From NCBI GenBank assembly GCA_965213835.1, contig OZ243923.1, positions 1,845,518 to 1,909,517 of the forward strand: DNA of 64,000 bases. Reading direction: 5' to 3'. Positions 20,590-32,417 of this stretch are shown one piece after another. Origin of the DNA: an uncultured Granulicella sp. GTDB taxonomy: Bacteria > Acidobacteriota > Terriglobia > Terriglobales > Acidobacteriaceae. Within the stretch, counting starts at the first letter, position 1. Each line of letters begins with the position of its first letter. A program made the translations under genes and the position numbers. A model generated the notes under the pieces. That model ran no database searches. It had not been told where the DNA came from and worked only from the letters and a program-made list of their open reading frames with translations.

Positions 20590-23500
20590 ATGTGGATTGT
20601 CAAACTAGCGCTTCGGCGCCCCTATACGTTTGTTGTTCTTTCCATGCTGCTGCTTCTGCTTGGCCTGGGGTCGGCGATCGAAGCGCCGAAAGACATCTTC
20701 CCGTATATCAATATCCCTGTCGTCACCATCGTCTGGACCTACGCCGGGTTGACCCCGACCGAGATGGAAGGGCGCATCGTCACGGTGTGCGAGCGCGCGC
20801 TGACCACCACGGTCAATGACATCGAGCACTCCGAAAGCGAATCCTACCAGGGCGTTTCGGTCATTCGCGTCTACTTCCAGCCCACCGTCAAGGTTGACCT
20901 GGCGCTCTCGCAGGTAACCGCCGTCGTCCAGACCATCCTGCGCGTGCTTCCCCCGGGTACTTTTCCACCCAATATCCTCAAGTTCGACGCCTCCTCCGTA
21001 CCGGTGGTGCAACTGTCGCTCTCCGGCCAGGGCCTCTCCGAATCCGATCTGTACGATCTGGGAATCAGTTTCATCCGTCCACGTCTGTCCAGCGTCAAGG
21101 GTGCCTCCATCCCGCTGCCTTACGGCGGCAAAGTACGGCAGATTATGGTCGATACCGACCCCAACCTGCTCTATGCAAAGCACCTGTCCGCTACCGACGT
21201 ATCCACTGCCATCACCCAGCAGAACCTGATCCTGCCCGCGGGTACGGCGCGCATCGGCAACCGCGAATACGTGATGAAGCTCAACTCATCGCCCGGCGAG
21301 GTCTCCGCGCTCAACGATCTTCCCGTCCGCGCGGCCAACGGCTCGGTCGTCTTCATCAAGGACGTGGCGCAGGTTCGCGAAGGCTACGCCGAACAGACCA
21401 ACGTGGTACGCGAGAACGGTAAGCGCGGTGCCTTGCTGACCGTGCTCAAGAACGGTGAAACCAGCACGCTCGACATTGTGGACGGCGTCAAGAAAGCGAT
21501 TCCGCGCGTCAAAGCCGGGCTCCCGCCGAACCTCAAGATCACTCCACTCTTTGACCAGTCGATCTTTGTCCGCGAGTCCATCAATGAGGTCGCGCGCGAA
21601 GCCTCGATTGCCGCCGCCCTCACCGGGCTCATGATTCTTCTGTTCCTCGGCTCGTGGCGCTCGACGCTTATCGTCTGCACCTCCATTCCGCTTTCCATCG
21701 CCACCTCGCTCGCCATCCTCACCGCGCTCGGCGAAACCATCAATGTAATGACTCTCGGCGGCCTTGCGCTCGCGGTCGGTATCCTGGTGGACGACGCCAC
21801 CGTCGAGATCGAAAATACGCACCGCAACATGCAGGAAAAGAAGCCTCTGGTGCGAGCCATCCTGGACTCCGCCCAACAGGTCGCCTCGCCCGCGCTGGTC
21901 TCCACGCTTTCCATCTGCATCGTGTTCCTGCCCGTCGTGCTGCTTACCGGCGCGGCAAAGTACCTGTTTACGCCGCTTGCCATGGCCGTCGTCTTCGCCA
22001 TGCTGGCAAGCTACTTTCTTTCGCGCACCCTCGTTCCCACCATGATGCACTTCCTGCTCGAAGCCGAGGTGGACCTTTACCAGGACGAATCCGCCAGTGA
22101 GAAAAAGGAGAAGGACAACTGGGTCTGGCGCTGGCACATGCGCTTCGACCGCGCCTTTGAACGCTTTCGCCATGGCTACAAGGACTCGCTCGAGTGGTGC
22201 CTGGGTAACCCTGCGCTTACCCTGATCCTGTTCGGCTGTTTCGTCGCGCTCTCGCTTCCGCTGCTGTTCACCATCGGCGAGGACTTTTTTCCCTACGTCG
22301 ATTCCGGGCAGATGCGCCTGCACGTCAATCCTCCGACGGGCATGCGGATCGAGGACTCGGAGCTTTATTTCGCAGCGGTGGAAAAGGAGATTCGCCGCAT
22401 CATCCCACCAGAGGAAACCGAGCTCATTCTGGACAACATCGGTCTGCCCAACGGAGGCATCAATCTCGGCTTTGCCAGCTCCGCCGTCATCTCCAACTCG
22501 GACGGAGACATCCTCATTTCACTCAAGCCCGGCAAGCGCGACACCACCAAGTACACGCGTCTGCTGCGTGATGACTTGCCGCAGAAGTTTCCGGACGGTA
22601 CCTTCTTTTTCACCCCGGCGAACATCACGAACCAGATCCTCGATTTCGGCCTGCCCGCGCCCATCGACCTCCAGGTGACCGGCCGCGGCAAGAACAACTT
22701 CCTGCTGACCCAGAAGCTCATGAAGCGGGTACAGGCGATCCCCGGCGCGGTGGATGTGCATATCCACCAGGAGGTCGACTACCCCACCATGCAGATTAAT
22801 GTCGACCGTACGCGTGCGCGGCAGATCGGCCTGACCCAGCAGGACGTGGCGCAATCGACCCTTATCTCGCTGACCGGCACGGGCCAGACCGCGCCGAACG
22901 AATGGCTGAACCCCCTCAACGGAGTCAACTACCAGGTAGTGACGCAAACCCCCATTTACCGCATCGACTCGCTGCAGGCGCTGGCCCGCACCCCGATCAG
23001 CTCGCCCAACGGCAACGTCAGCCAGCTGCTTGGCAATCTCGCCTTGTTCCGGCGCGACGAGAGCCCGATTATCGTCAATCACTACAGCATTCAGCCCGTC
23101 TTCGACATCTATGCGGACGTAGACAGGCGCGACCTCGGCGGCGTCGCCTCCGACATCCGCAAGATCATCGCCGATGAACAGAAGAACCTGCCCGTAGGCA
23201 CCACGCTCGAGCTGCGCGGGGAAGTGGATACGATGAGCAAATCGTTCCTCAGGCTCGGCATCGGCATCGTCTTCGCGCTTGGCCTGGTTTATCTGCTCAT
23301 GGCGGTTAACTTCCAGTCTTGGCTGGATCCGCTGATCATTCTGATGGCGATCCCCGGCGCGTTCTGCGGCATCCTTTGGATGCTCTACATTACCCAGACC
23401 ACCTTCAACGTACCCAGCCTCATGGGTACCATCATGACCATCGGCGTCGCCACCGCCAACTCCATCCTCATGGTCGTCTTCGCCAACGATGAGCGCGTGG

Positions 23501-23793
23501 CTGGCAAGACGCAGATGGAAGCCGCGCTCAACGCGGGCTTCACCCGTTTGCGACCGGTGCTGATGACCGCGCTGGCCATGATCATTGGCATGCTGCCCAT
23601 GGCGCTTGCTCTGGGCGAAGGCGGTGAGCAGAATGCGCCGCTCGGCCGTGCCGTCATCGGCGGCCTGCTCGTTGCGACCATCGGCACGCTGTTTATCGTG
23701 CCAGTCATCTACTCCCTTCTGAAGAACACGGTACCGGTCGACTTCGACAAGGAAATCGACGAAGAATACGGACCCGGCGGAGCGCCGGCCTAG
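20590..23793 (+). CDS. RND efflux transporter permease subunit
   Basis: 1067 aa; MWIVKLALRRP start, GILVDDATVEIEN, ANSIL, RLRPVLMT. Confidence 0.93.
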   Translation: MWIVKLALRRPYTFVVLSMLLLLLGLGSAIEAPKDIFPYINIPVVTIVWTYAGLTPTEMEGRIVTVCERALTTTVNDIEHSESESYQGVSVIRVYFQPTVKVDLALSQVTAVVQTILRVLPPGTFPPNILKFDASSVPVVQLSLSGQGLSESDLYDLGISFIRPRLSSVKGASIPLPYGGKVRQIMVDTDPNLLYAKHLSATDVSTAITQQNLILPAGTARIGNREYVMKLNSSPGEVSALNDLPVRAANGSVVFIKDVAQVREGYAEQTNVVRENGKRGALLTVLKNGETSTLDIVDGVKKAIPRVKAGLPPNLKITPLFDQSIFVRESINEVAREASIAAALTGLMILLFLGSWRSTLIVCTSIPLSIATSLAILTALGETINVMTLGGLALAVGILVDDATVEIENTHRNMQEKKPLVRAILDSAQQVASPALVSTLSICIVFLPVVLLTGAAKYLFTPLAMAVVFAMLASYFLSRTLVPTMMHFLLEAEVDLYQDESASEKKEKDNWVWRWHMRFDRAFERFRHGYKDSLEWCLGNPALTLILFGCFVALSLPLLFTIGEDFFPYVDSGQMRLHVNPPTGMRIEDSELYFAAVEKEIRRIIPPEETELILDNIGLPNGGINLGFASSAVISNSDGDILISLKPGKRDTTKYTRLLRDDLPQKFPDGTFFFTPANITNQILDFGLPAPIDLQVTGRGKNNFLLTQKLMKRVQAIPGAVDVHIHQEVDYPTMQINVDRTRARQIGLTQQDVAQSTLISLTGTGQTAPNEWLNPLNGVNYQVVTQTPIYRIDSLQALARTPISSPNGNVSQLLGNLALFRRDESPIIVNHYSIQPVFDIYADVDRRDLGGVASDIRKIIADEQKNLPVGTTLELRGEVDTMSKSFLRLGIGIVFALGLVYLLMAVNFQSWLDPLIILMAIPGAFCGILWMLYITQTTFNVPSLMGTIMTIGVATANSILMVVFANDERVAGKTQMEAALNAGFTRLRPVLMTALAMIIGMLPMALALGEGGEQNAPLGRAVIGGLLVATIGTLFIVPVIYSLLKNTVPVDFDKEIDEEYGPGGAPA

Positions 23794-23841
23794 TGTTCTT
23801 TCTGCAGCTTCGTCCTAAACGTTTCGGAGATCCCATCCCGC

Positions 23842-25689
23842 ATGGCAAATGAATCCATTCCCGACGACCACCACCGCCTGTCCGACGGACGCAACGAACT
23901 CGGCGAAGGTTTTGAACGGCCGGTTCCCCGGGAAGATCGCGATCTGGGCGCGAACTTCGCCCGGCGCAACGCATCCGACGGCCCGTCGCTCGGCGAAGAG
24001 TTCGCAGACTCATCCGTTACCGATGAACGGTCGCTCGGCAGCGCCTTCGCCGATCCCAACTCGCTCGACGACACCAGGCTCGGCAGGAGCTTTGAGGAGA
24101 CCAACTCGAGCGCGAAGAAGCGTCACCGTCCCGTGCTGCAAACGGTGGAAGCTCCGTTCAAAAAACCCGGTTCCAGGAAAGTAATTTTCATCGTCGCTGC
24201 CTGCGTGCTCTGCGCCATGCTGCTGGCACTGATCGTCGGCTTCCTTCCTCGGCATAAGAACCGCAAGGAGACGGAGGACCGGGCGAAGCAGGAGAACGAT
24301 GCCAAGCCGGTCGTGGAAGCTGTGCGCGTCCAGCCAGCGACCAAAGGTGCCGGACTCACGGTTCCCGGAACCACCATTCCGCTGGTCGAAGCACTGGTCT
24401 ACGCACGTGCGACCGGCTACCTCAGCAAGCGATACGCCGATATTGGCGACCACGTCCACAAGGGCCAGCTCCTGGCCCTCATTGACGCGCCCGATCTCGA
24501 TCAGCAGGTCGACCAGGCACGCGAGCAGCTACGCCAGGCAGAGGCGCAGGAAGCGCAGCAGGAGACGCAGCTTGCCCTGACCAAGGTCACCGTCGACCGC
24601 TACCGCGTCCTGGTCGCCAAGGGTGTTTTCTCCCGCCAGGATGGCGACCAGCAGGAGACCAACTACCAGGCCCAGCGCGCCAACGTCGCCTCCGCCGTGC
24701 GCAACGTTGAAGCCTTCCGCGCCAACCTGCGCCGGGCCATTGCATTGCAAAGCTTTGAACGCGTAACCGCACCCTTTGACGGCGTAGTGACGCAACGAAA
24801 CGTCGACGTGGGGGCGTACATCTCCACCGCGGGCTCCGGAGGCTCCTCCACGCCGACCCCCATGCAGACCTCCGGCACCACCAACGGAAGCTCCCAGACC
24901 GCGGGCCAGACCAATACCTCCGGCTCCTCCGGCAGCGCGAACACGCTGGCGACGCCAACCACCGGAGGCTCCTCCGGCGGTCCGTTGTTCTCGGTTTCGC
25001 AGGTGGATCGGCTGCGCATCCTGATCAGCGTTCCGGAAGGCTATGCCTCCATGGTCGCTCCCCGGCAGCATGCCAGCCTGCACTTCCAGGAGTTTCCCAA
25101 CCAGGACTTTTTCGGCAATGTCACCCGTACCTCGGCCTCCATCGACCAGAACAGCCGTACGTTGTTGACAGAGGTGCAGGTGGACAATCACGCGGGCCAT
25201 CTGCTCTCCGGCATGTATGCGGTCGTCACCTTTGCTCCCCAGCCGCAATCCTCTCCCGGCAACACGGGCAACGCCTCCACCCAGACCGGGCCGGTCGTCA
25301 TCTCGGGCGATGCGATCGCCGTGCGCAATGACATGCCTACCGTCGCGCTCATCAGTCCCAGCGGCGTCGTGCATCTGCAGCCCGTAGTGCTTGGCCGCGA
25401 TTTCGGCTCCGAGGTCGAGATCATGTCCGGCGTCAAACCTGGTGACCTGATCGCCGCTACCTTTACCGATGACGTGCAGAACGACACAACGGTGACGCCG
25501 CAGGAAAACAAGAAAGATGGGCAGAACAGCAGCCCGAAGCAGCCTCCGCCGCAGAACACGCCTCCTGGCGGATCCACGCAATACGGCAACCCGGGCATGG
25601 AGGACCAGAACATGCAGGGCCAGATGGGCAAGCCGGGGCAGAAAACCGGCGGCAAAAAAGCCGCGCCCAGCAAGGCAGGCAAGCAGTGA
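23842..25689 (+). CDS. RND periplasmic adaptor (MFP) with repeat-containing N-terminal extension
   Basis: TM anchor, ARATGYL...DIGDHVHKGQLLA lipoyl half, coiled hairpin, APFDGVVT, RTLLTEV, GMYAVV. Confidence 0.88.
   Translation: MANESIPDDHHRLSDGRNELGEGFERPVPREDRDLGANFARRNASDGPSLGEEFADSSVTDERSLGSAFADPNSLDDTRLGRSFEETNSSAKKRHRPVLQTVEAPFKKPGSRKVIFIVAACVLCAMLLALIVGFLPRHKNRKETEDRAKQENDAKPVVEAVRVQPATKGAGLTVPGTTIPLVEALVYARATGYLSKRYADIGDHVHKGQLLALIDAPDLDQQVDQAREQLRQAEAQEAQQETQLALTKVTVDRYRVLVAKGVFSRQDGDQQETNYQAQRANVASAVRNVEAFRANLRRAIALQSFERVTAPFDGVVTQRNVDVGAYISTAGSGGSSTPTPMQTSGTTNGSSQTAGQTNTSGSSGSANTLATPTTGGSSGGPLFSVSQVDRLRILISVPEGYASMVAPRQHASLHFQEFPNQDFFGNVTRTSASIDQNSRTLLTEVQVDNHAGHLLSGMYAVVTFAPQPQSSPGNTGNASTQTGPVVISGDAIAVRNDMPTVALISPSGVVHLQPVVLGRDFGSEVEIMSGVKPGDLIAATFTDDVQNDTTVTPQENKKDGQNSSPKQPPPQNTPPGGSTQYGNPGMEDQNMQGQMGKPGQKTGGKKAAPSKAGKQ
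23896..24120 (+). repeat. Five 15-aa (45-bp) degenerate tandem repeats xLGxxF in the MFP N-terminus
   Basis: ELGEGFERPVPREDR / DLGANFARRNASDGP / SLGEEFADSSVTDER / SLGSAFADPNSLDDT / RLGRSFEETNSSAKK. Confidence 0.75.
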
Positions 25690-27719
25690 AGCCGTGGTTC
25701 GCATTCGCCTTCGTCACGGCGGCGGCGGCCGCAGCCGGTGCGCAGACCGCACCGGTTCAGCAGTCCACTCCGCCCGCGGCCACGCCGACAGCTCCCGACA
25801 TTCCGGACGTCCCACCCATCACTCCCCTTACTCCGGACGTACCTACCGCCCTGACCGGATCCCCAACGACCGTGCCTGCGCGTTCCGCTCCGGAAGGTCT
25901 GGTCCCCCGGCACTTCTTCGGACCGTATCGCCGTCCGGTAGTGCCTCCGCTGTTTGCCGGCAACGGCACGCGGCTACGCAGCCTGGTGCGAGACGGAAAG
26001 CTGTACCTCAGCGCACGCGAGGCCATCGCGCTGGCGATTGAAAACAATCTCGACGTCGAAATCGAACGCTACAACCTGTTGCTGGCCGACACCGACCGCC
26101 TCCGCGCTGCTGGCGGAGGATCCCTGCGCGGCATCGACTTCAACGTGGAAGAGCCGCCCAACGGCGTCGGAGGTCCAGGTTCTCCGCTGCTCAACACCAC
26201 TGTTACCAATCCGAATCCAACCACGCCAGCCGTTACCGACCTGACCAGCCTCAACAGCACCACGCAGCTCCAGACCAATCTTTCCGGCACTTCGACAGCC
26301 ACCGCGCAGTACGCCAACGGACCGCAGATCCCGCTGTTCGATCCCAACCTGTTCCTGCAGGCAGGCTATCTGCGGCGCTCCAACACCGTATCGCTGGTGC
26401 CCGAGGGAACCGCGACAGGCGACAGCCAGCCGCAGCCGCTGGATTTTGTCGCCTTCAATTTCTCCTACGTCGAAGGTTTCCATCCCGGCACGCAACTGGT
26501 CGCCACCGTCAACAACGATTCGTCCGTGATCTACGGCATGAGCTCTTCGGCCGACCCGTTTTCGCGGCCCAGCACCTCCGTCACCTTGTCTCAGCCCTTG
26601 CTGCGCGGACGCGGGTCGGACGTGAACACGCGTTTTATCCGCATCGCGAACGAGAACCGCAAAATCGGTCACCTCCTGTTCGAGCAGCAGGTGCTCGAAA
26701 CCGTCTATGGCGTTTCCCGTATCTACTTCGACCTGGTCAGTCTGGGGGAAAACGTCCGCGTCAAGCAGGAAGCGCTGAACGCGGCCAAGAAGCTGCGCGA
26801 CGACGACTCCCAGCAGGTCATCGAAGGCACGCTCGCCCCCATCGAGCTCACGCGCGTCTCTGCCCTGGTCAGCTCGTCGGAGTTCGACCTCATTCAGGCG
26901 CAGGGCCTGTACCAGACCCAGGAGGTCATCCTGCGCAACCAGCTTCTGCGCGCGGATTCGCCCATCTTTGCTGCCGCATTCACGGAGATTGTGCCCACCG
27001 ATACGATCGTTGTGCCGGAGCTTCTGCCCGGCACGCCCGTTCCCGATCTCATCCAGCAGGCGCTCGCCCGCCGGCCCGACCTCGCGCAGTCCCAGCTGCA
27101 GATAGAGACCGGCGAAATCCAGGTCCAGGGCAGCCGCAACCAGGCGTTGCCGCAGCTCAACGCCTACGTCAACGTCGAAACGCGCGGCTCGTCCGAGCAA
27201 TCGTATGACCAGCTCGGCACCGCCGGCACCGGCATCCCAACCCTCCCACTCAACTTCGGGCTGGGCGGCCTGCGCGTCTCCACCATCGTCCAGGGAGGCG
27301 TCCAGCTCAATCTCCCGTTGCGCAACCGCGTCGCCGAGTCCGACGCCGCGCGCGACACCATCCAACTGCGCGAAGTGCAGGCCCGCACCGAGAAGCTGTC
27401 CAACCAGATCCGCCAGAATATCGAGGCCGCCTCCGTCGCGCTCGACACCTCCTTTGCCGCCTACAAGGCCGCGCGTTCCAGCCGTGGGTACCAGGAGCAA
27501 CTGCTCGCCGCCGAGCGCGACAAGCTGGAGTTCGGCCAGTCCACCCCGCTGCAGGTCGTGCAGGATCAGGCTTACCTGAGTCAGGCAAAGTCCACTGAGA
27601 TCGCCGCCCGCTCCAACTATCAGAAGGCGCAGATCGAGCTCGACCGCACCCTCGGCGACCTGCTCGAAAAAAACGGCATCACCCTCGAAGACGCGGTACA
27701 AGGCCAGCTGAATCCGTAG
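25686..27719 (+). CDS. TolC-family outer membrane efflux protein
   Basis: Signal peptide, LSAREAIALAIENNLD, RRPDLAQ, FGQST.LQVV; GTGA overlap with the MFP stop. Confidence 0.85.
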   Translation: MKPWFAFAFVTAAAAAAGAQTAPVQQSTPPAATPTAPDIPDVPPITPLTPDVPTALTGSPTTVPARSAPEGLVPRHFFGPYRRPVVPPLFAGNGTRLRSLVRDGKLYLSAREAIALAIENNLDVEIERYNLLLADTDRLRAAGGGSLRGIDFNVEEPPNGVGGPGSPLLNTTVTNPNPTTPAVTDLTSLNSTTQLQTNLSGTSTATAQYANGPQIPLFDPNLFLQAGYLRRSNTVSLVPEGTATGDSQPQPLDFVAFNFSYVEGFHPGTQLVATVNNDSSVIYGMSSSADPFSRPSTSVTLSQPLLRGRGSDVNTRFIRIANENRKIGHLLFEQQVLETVYGVSRIYFDLVSLGENVRVKQEALNAAKKLRDDDSQQVIEGTLAPIELTRVSALVSSSEFDLIQAQGLYQTQEVILRNQLLRADSPIFAAAFTEIVPTDTIVVPELLPGTPVPDLIQQALARRPDLAQSQLQIETGEIQVQGSRNQALPQLNAYVNVETRGSSEQSYDQLGTAGTGIPTLPLNFGLGGLRVSTIVQGGVQLNLPLRNRVAESDAARDTIQLREVQARTEKLSNQIRQNIEAASVALDTSFAAYKAARSSRGYQEQLLAAERDKLEFGQSTPLQVVQDQAYLSQAKSTEIAARSNYQKAQIELDRTLGDLLEKNGITLEDAVQGQLNP

Positions 27720-27738
27720 GCGAGGCGTATAAGGGTTC

Positions 27739-28815
27739 ATGGCTTTCCTTCCGATCGAGCCTCCCGTGCTGCCGATGCTTGCCAAACGCGTGGACGCTGT
27801 TCCCGACACGGGCGACTGGCTGTTCGAGCCCAAGTGGGACGGCTTCCGCGTGCTCGTTTTTCGAGACGGCGACCAAATCCTGCTGCAGAGCCGTGACACC
27901 AAAAGCCTGAACCGCTACTTTCCCGAGCTTGTCTCCGGATTGCTGGCCTCGCTGCCCAGGCAATGCGTGCTCGACGGCGAGATCGTGATCGAGCAGGCCG
28001 GTCGACTTGAGTTTGAAACCCTGCAGATGCGCATCCATCCCGCGGCCTCGCGGGTCAGGCTGCTGGCCGCGCAGACGCCAGCCTCCGTCGTGTTCTTCGA
28101 CCTGCTCGCCCTCGGCGAAAACGACCTTCGCGCAAGCCCTTTTCGTGAGCGCCGCGCCCGGCTCGAGCATCTGCTCGCAGAGGCCGCACCACCGATTCAT
28201 CTGACCCCCGCCACCGCGAACCCGGCGCTGGCCAACGAATGGTTTACCCGCTTTGAAGGTGCCGGGCTGGACGGCGTCATCGCCAAGCCGGCGGACGGCC
28301 CGTATCAGCCGGACAAGCGAGTCATGCTCAAGATCAAGCATGAGCGCGACTGCGACTGCGTTGTAGGCGGATTCCGCTGGCACAAGGACGGGGAAGGCTC
28401 GGTCGGCTCCCTTCTGCTCGGCCTGTATGACGTCTCCGGGGCCCTGCAGCACGTCGGCGTCTGCGCCAGCTTCACCGCGGCGAAGCGCCGTGAGTTGACG
28501 GAGCTTCTCGCACCGTATCGTGAGGATGCGCTCAACAACCATCCCTGGGCGCACGAGGCCGGCGAGGATCAGGCCGAGCCCCAACGCATACCCGGCGCCC
28601 CCAGCCGATGGAATACCGGCAAGGACCTGTCCTGGATCCCGCTGCGTCCTGAACTGGTGGTGGAAGTTGCCTACGAGCACATGCAGGGCACACGCTTCCG
28701 GCACCTGGCCCACTTTCGCCGGTGGCGCACAGACAAACCCCCGCGCGCCTGCACCTACGAGCAGCTGGAAATCGTTCCTCCGCATGAACTGGTAGATATC
28801 TTTCAGCCAGCCTGA
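27739..28815 (+). CDS. ligC: ATP-dependent DNA ligase (LigC-type)
   Basis: EPKWDGFR adenylation motif, LDGEIV, FDLL, EGAGLDGVIAK, MLKIK, RFRHLAHFRRWRTDK. Confidence 0.85.
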   Translation: MAFLPIEPPVLPMLAKRVDAVPDTGDWLFEPKWDGFRVLVFRDGDQILLQSRDTKSLNRYFPELVSGLLASLPRQCVLDGEIVIEQAGRLEFETLQMRIHPAASRVRLLAAQTPASVVFFDLLALGENDLRASPFRERRARLEHLLAEAAPPIHLTPATANPALANEWFTRFEGAGLDGVIAKPADGPYQPDKRVMLKIKHERDCDCVVGGFRWHKDGEGSVGSLLLGLYDVSGALQHVGVCASFTAAKRRELTELLAPYREDALNNHPWAHEAGEDQAEPQRIPGAPSRWNTGKDLSWIPLRPELVVEVAYEHMQGTRFRHLAHFRRWRTDKPPRACTYEQLEIVPPHELVDIFQPA

Positions 28816-28819
28816 TCCT

Positions 28820-28857
28820 GTGCCCCATTCATCACGGCTTCATCGTGATGAGTAGGG
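28820..28857 (+). repeat. REP-like palindrome
   Basis: gtgccccattcatcacggcttcatcgtgatgagtaggg between convergent ligC and Prim-Pol. Confidence 0.75.
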
Positions 28858-28858
28858 G

Positions 28859-30238
28859 TCACCCAACCATCCGAGTCGGATCGTCATCCGGGTCCGGCAC
28901 CCCTTGCGCGGGACGCTCCGTCTCCGGCACATGCCGAAGGTTCACCCGGATCCTGTACCAGACATACGCGCTCCCCCGCTGCCGATCCACCAGCACATCA
29001 TCTTCGGCCAGCAGAGCCGCAGCCACGGGATGCGCCGCCTTCCAGCGCTCCAGCCCGGCCATCGCCGCAGCCTTGTCCGGCGAGTTGGCAACCGTAATCA
29101 GCGGATGCACCGTCTTCCGCGCGGCCCGCTTCACCTTCGGTTCCCCAGCCCACGCAGACCCCTCCGCAAGCACCGCCGAACGCTTTCGAAACCGCTGCGC
29201 CCCAAAGCCTTCCTGCATCTGCCCGCTGAACGACTTCGAGCGCGAAGGCTGCACCCGCGGTGGCTCGCCGGCACCTTTGGCGAAATGCGGAGGCCAAGGC
29301 GCATCTCCCAGCCCATCGCGTTCATCGCGTTCGGCCAACTCCAGCAGGCTGTCCAGCGAGCCAGCCGCGGCATCCATGCCCGCGTGCAGATCGCCCATCG
29401 CGGCGAAGCGTCCGGGCATCGTGAACACGGTGAAGTCGGCCGGATCGCACGCTGGCACCTCCTCCCACGCCAGCGGCGCGGACACCCGCGCATCCGGCAG
29501 TGGACGCACCGAATACGCCGAGCAGGTCGTGCGATCCTTCGCGTTCTGGTTGTAGTCCAGAAAGACCCCGTGCCGCTCTTCCTTCCACCACTTCGAGCTC
29601 GCCAGTGAGGGCGCGCGACGCTCCACCGAACGACTCAACGCCAGCGCCGCCCGGCGCACCTCCGTAAAGGTCCACCGCGGCTCAATCCTGATATTGATAT
29701 GCATGCCACGCGAGCCGCTGGTCTTCACCCATCCGATCAGGCCGGACTCAGCCAGCAGCGCCTGCACCTCCAGCGCCACCAGCCTTACATGCTCCCAGCC
29801 CACTCCCGGCCCGGGGTCCAGATCCACCCGAAGCTCATCCGGATGGTCGAGGTCCGACGTCCGCACCGGGTGCGGATGCAGCTCGATGCACCCCAGGTTG
29901 TTCACCCACGCCAGCGCCGCCGTCGAGTTCACGACCACCTCCTCCGCCGTCCGTCCCGAGGGAAACGTCAGCGTCGCGGTCGCCATCCACTCCGGCAGGT
30001 TGTCCGGCGCGCGCTTCTGATAAAACGGCTCCGCATGCGCTCCGCCCACAAAACGCTTCAGCACAAACGGACGGTCGCGCACACCGTTAAGCGCTCCCGC
30101 GGCCACCGCCTGGTAGTACTCCACCAGCCCAAGCTTGGCAAGCTGAGCGGCTTCGGAAAAGTACATCTTGCCCGGATGCGACACCCGCACCGAATGCCCG
30201 TCCAGCTCCAAAATCGCTACATCTTCCGGCTTCTTCAC
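28859..30238 (-). CDS. LigD-type primase-polymerase domain protein (Prim-PolC-like) with extra C-terminal domain
   Basis: FYQKRAP, ELRVDLDP, KTSGSRGMHI, FLDYNQN, YSVRP, VSAPLAWEE; C-terminal GLERWK...WYRIRVNL segment. Confidence 0.85.
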   Translation of the reverse strand: MKKPEDVAILELDGHSVRVSHPGKMYFSEAAQLAKLGLVEYYQAVAAGALNGVRDRPFVLKRFVGGAHAEPFYQKRAPDNLPEWMATATLTFPSGRTAEEVVVNSTAALAWVNNLGCIELHPHPVRTSDLDHPDELRVDLDPGPGVGWEHVRLVALEVQALLAESGLIGWVKTSGSRGMHINIRIEPRWTFTEVRRAALALSRSVERRAPSLASSKWWKEERHGVFLDYNQNAKDRTTCSAYSVRPLPDARVSAPLAWEEVPACDPADFTVFTMPGRFAAMGDLHAGMDAAAGSLDSLLELAERDERDGLGDAPWPPHFAKGAGEPPRVQPSRSKSFSGQMQEGFGAQRFRKRSAVLAEGSAWAGEPKVKRAARKTVHPLITVANSPDKAAAMAGLERWKAAHPVAAALLAEDDVLVDRQRGSAYVWYRIRVNLRHVPETERPAQGVPDPDDDPTRMVG

Positions 30239-30263
30239 CCTGCCAGACTACACCGCTCAAACG

Positions 30264-30297
30264 AAAAGCCCCGCATCTCCCATGGGAAGTACGGGGC
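30264..30297 (-). terminator. Probable intrinsic terminator of typA
   Basis: gccccg...cggggc stem preceded on + by aaaa (U-tract on the minus strand). Confidence 0.5.
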
Positions 30298-30316
30298 CTG
30301 ACTGAACACACGCAAC

Positions 30317-32152
<1,836 letters not shown>

Positions 32153-32417
32153 GGCTGGGATACGTCCTGTCTGTAAGGAAGAAGTGTGCGCAGGTTGCGG
32201 ATGGCTCCGCAGGGGAAAATGTGCGCCGCCTTCTAGTTTAGCAGGAGGGCTAAGTGCTAGCAGACGCCTTGATTGCCAAAGATGGGTATATTCACGCTAT
32301 GGTCAAGGACTTCTTCGCTCCGGAGGAGCGTCGAAAGGAGACCAACGGCTCGCCGCGTGACCACGGCGTCGTCCTTTATAAACCACGCGCTCTGCGGCTG
32401 AGCGGTCCTGGCAAGCT

